DNA from: Raja brachyura | Lineage: Eukaryota | Length of the DNA stretch: 64,000 bases | Assembly (NCBI GenBank): GCA_963514005.1 | Contig: OY740796.1 | Span: forward strand, 46,872,001-46,936,000 | Direction of reading: 5' to 3' | Shown here: one piece after another, positions 62,484-64,000 of the stretch | Position numbering within the stretch: position 1 is the stretch's first letter | How the letters are laid out: each line of letters begins with the position of its first letter | Position numbers and translations under genes: made by a program | The notes under the pieces: model-generated | Database searches by the model: none | Told to the model about the DNA's origin: nothing | The model's input: only the letters and a program-made list of their open reading frames with translations

Positions 62484-63045
62484 CACGGTGGCGTGGCGGT
62501 AGAGTTGCTGCTTTAAGGGCCTGTCCCACTTGGGCGACCTAATCCGCAAGTTCGCCCTCGACTCATACTCGCAGCATGGTCGACACGAGGTCGTAGGAGG
62601 TCTTTGTAACTCTCCTTCATGCTCGAGAGTGGTATCCGCGTACTCGAGGCATCAGCTAGGGCGGGGCATTTTAATTCAATATGTTACAAAATGTCCGCGA
62701 GTTAAAAAAAGGTTGCCATGGAAAAAAATCGATAGGTAGGTTTAGTCATGGTAGGTCCGTATGTTAGTCATAGGTAATCGAAGGTAGTCGTAGATAGTCT
62801 TCATTATAGTCGAAGGAGGTCTTCAACATGTCATTTTTTCAAACTCTACTAAACTCTTCTAAATTCGCCAATTAGGTTGCCAAGTGGGACAGCCCCCGTA
62901 CATCTCTTACAGCGCCAATGACCCTGGGACGATCCTGACTGCTGTCTGTCCGGAGTTTGCACTTTCTCCCTGTGACCCGCATGGGTTTTCTTCGAGATCT
63001 TCGGTTTCCTCTTACACTCCACAGAGATTTGTAGATTAATTGGCT
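62484..63045 (+). mobile_element. tRNA-derived SINE interrupted by a Harbinger MITE
   Basis: cacggtggcgtggcggtagagttgctgcttta | cagcgccaatgaccctgggacgatcctgact...; SINE head is split at TTA. Confidence 0.8.
62516..62897. mobile_element. PIF/Harbinger MITE
   Basis: TIRs agggcctgtcccacttgg / ccaagtgggacagcccc; homologous to 26543-27323. Confidence 0.85.
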
Positions 63046-63054
63046 TGGTATTTT

Positions 63055-63420
63055 TTTCCCATTTTTCTGGCACCTCTTTTAATCCGGACAAAATTACAAG
63101 AGCGCACTTGCAATCCCTCCCGGAGGTCCCAATGAAAATGTGGCGCATGGGCTGGGTGAGGCAGCCGATGTGGACCTCATTGGGACTTGCGCAGCCGGGT
63201 GATATTTGCCCCCCCCCCGGGTCCGGGGCTCTGGATCTCCGGCCCAGCCGGAGCCGGCAGATCCGTTCCCATAGCTGACATCCGAGGCCAAGTTTGTGGA
63301 CTGGATTCTCGGTGGCCTTGGCCTAGACGGTTCCAGCCAAGACCATGATCTCAGTTGGTCTGGCAAAACGGATAATCCAGAAATGCTCTGGAACCAAGGG
63401 TGCCGGAAGATCGGCGGTGG
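63055..63420. mobile_element. Possible degenerate Tc1/pogo (Tigger-like) MITE
   Basis: Imperfect terminal inverted similarity atttttctggcacc / ggtgccggaagat; GC-rich interior; no clear TA TSD. Confidence 0.35.
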
Positions 63421-63499
63421 AGTTGAACGGTTATTTAAGAAGGACAGGTTTGCGCAAAAAAGGGAACTACAATGAATCTTGCGACGTCAGATTAAATAG

Positions 63500-63730
63500 C
63501 CTTTCTTGGACTACAAGACCAGATTTCCCCTGACCATGGGGGAGCAATGGAGGAGGACTGACTGTACTTTGCACCTTCCACCACAGTGAAGAATGCGGTG
63601 GTGGATGTTTGTGTTAAATGTTATTGTGTATTGTGTGTTCTTTTTGATTGTACCACTGCTGGCAAATTCATTTCAATGCACTTTATTGTGCATGTGATGA
63701 ATAAGTCTGATTGATTGATTGATTGATTGA
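63500..63730 (+). mobile_element. LINE 3' end with (GATT)n tail
   Basis: aaattcatttcaatgcac..gtgcatgtgatgaataag followed by (tgat)5. Confidence 0.6.
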
Positions 63731-63896
63731 AACAGTGAGGACATAATATATTTGGGCACACACTTTACATGTCAGCCAATTTTACATTTGACGGATTTCA
63801 ACGGGTGCCAGATCAGCTGCGTGCAATATTGATACTCTGTTCCTTCGGGCAAGCTACATTCAAACTGATACTTGATTTTTCTACACAATACTAACA

Positions 63897-64000
63897 TTCG
63901 GTGGTGCAGCGGTAGGATTACTGCCTTAACGCCGCAGAGACCCGGGTTCAACACTGACCATGGGCGCTGTCTGTTTGGAGTTTGCACGTTCTCCCCGTGA
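63897..64000 (+). mobile_element. tRNA-derived SINE 5' part (runs off window)
   Basis: A box tggtgcagcgg, B box ggttcaacact, ggagtttgcacgttctccccgtga. Confidence 0.8.

Overview
Vertebrate genomic DNA, most likely a cartilaginous fish (skate/ray-like repeat content: HE1/V-SINE-type SINEs, CR1 3' ends, Penelope-type hairpin repeats, Harbinger MITEs). The window carries coding exons 2-19 of LRIG1 on the + strand (17708-52732; 18 GT-AG exons that join in one open frame, about 1003 codons: LRR array, LRRCT, three Ig domains, TM helix, cytoplasmic tail), a 3' UTR to about 54020, more than 17.7 kb of intron 1 (exon 1 is upstream of the window) and about 10 kb of repeat-rich downstream DNA. Almost all other ORFs in the track are repeat-derived or spurious. 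Most notable observations: short TSD-flanked, often palindromic insertions carrying a minimal hammerhead-ribozyme core (Penelope-type); a hAT element that carries a 360-bp copy of neighbouring DNA; a twin-primed (5'-inverted) Tx1 LINE with a nested L2-group LINE; a palindrome shared inside divergent Harbinger MITEs; an LRIG1 stop codon that appears to come from a 2-nt deletion; tandem let-7 and Pumilio sites in the 3' UTR; and two unexplained long palindromes. Family names and human comparisons are from recall, not from database searches.
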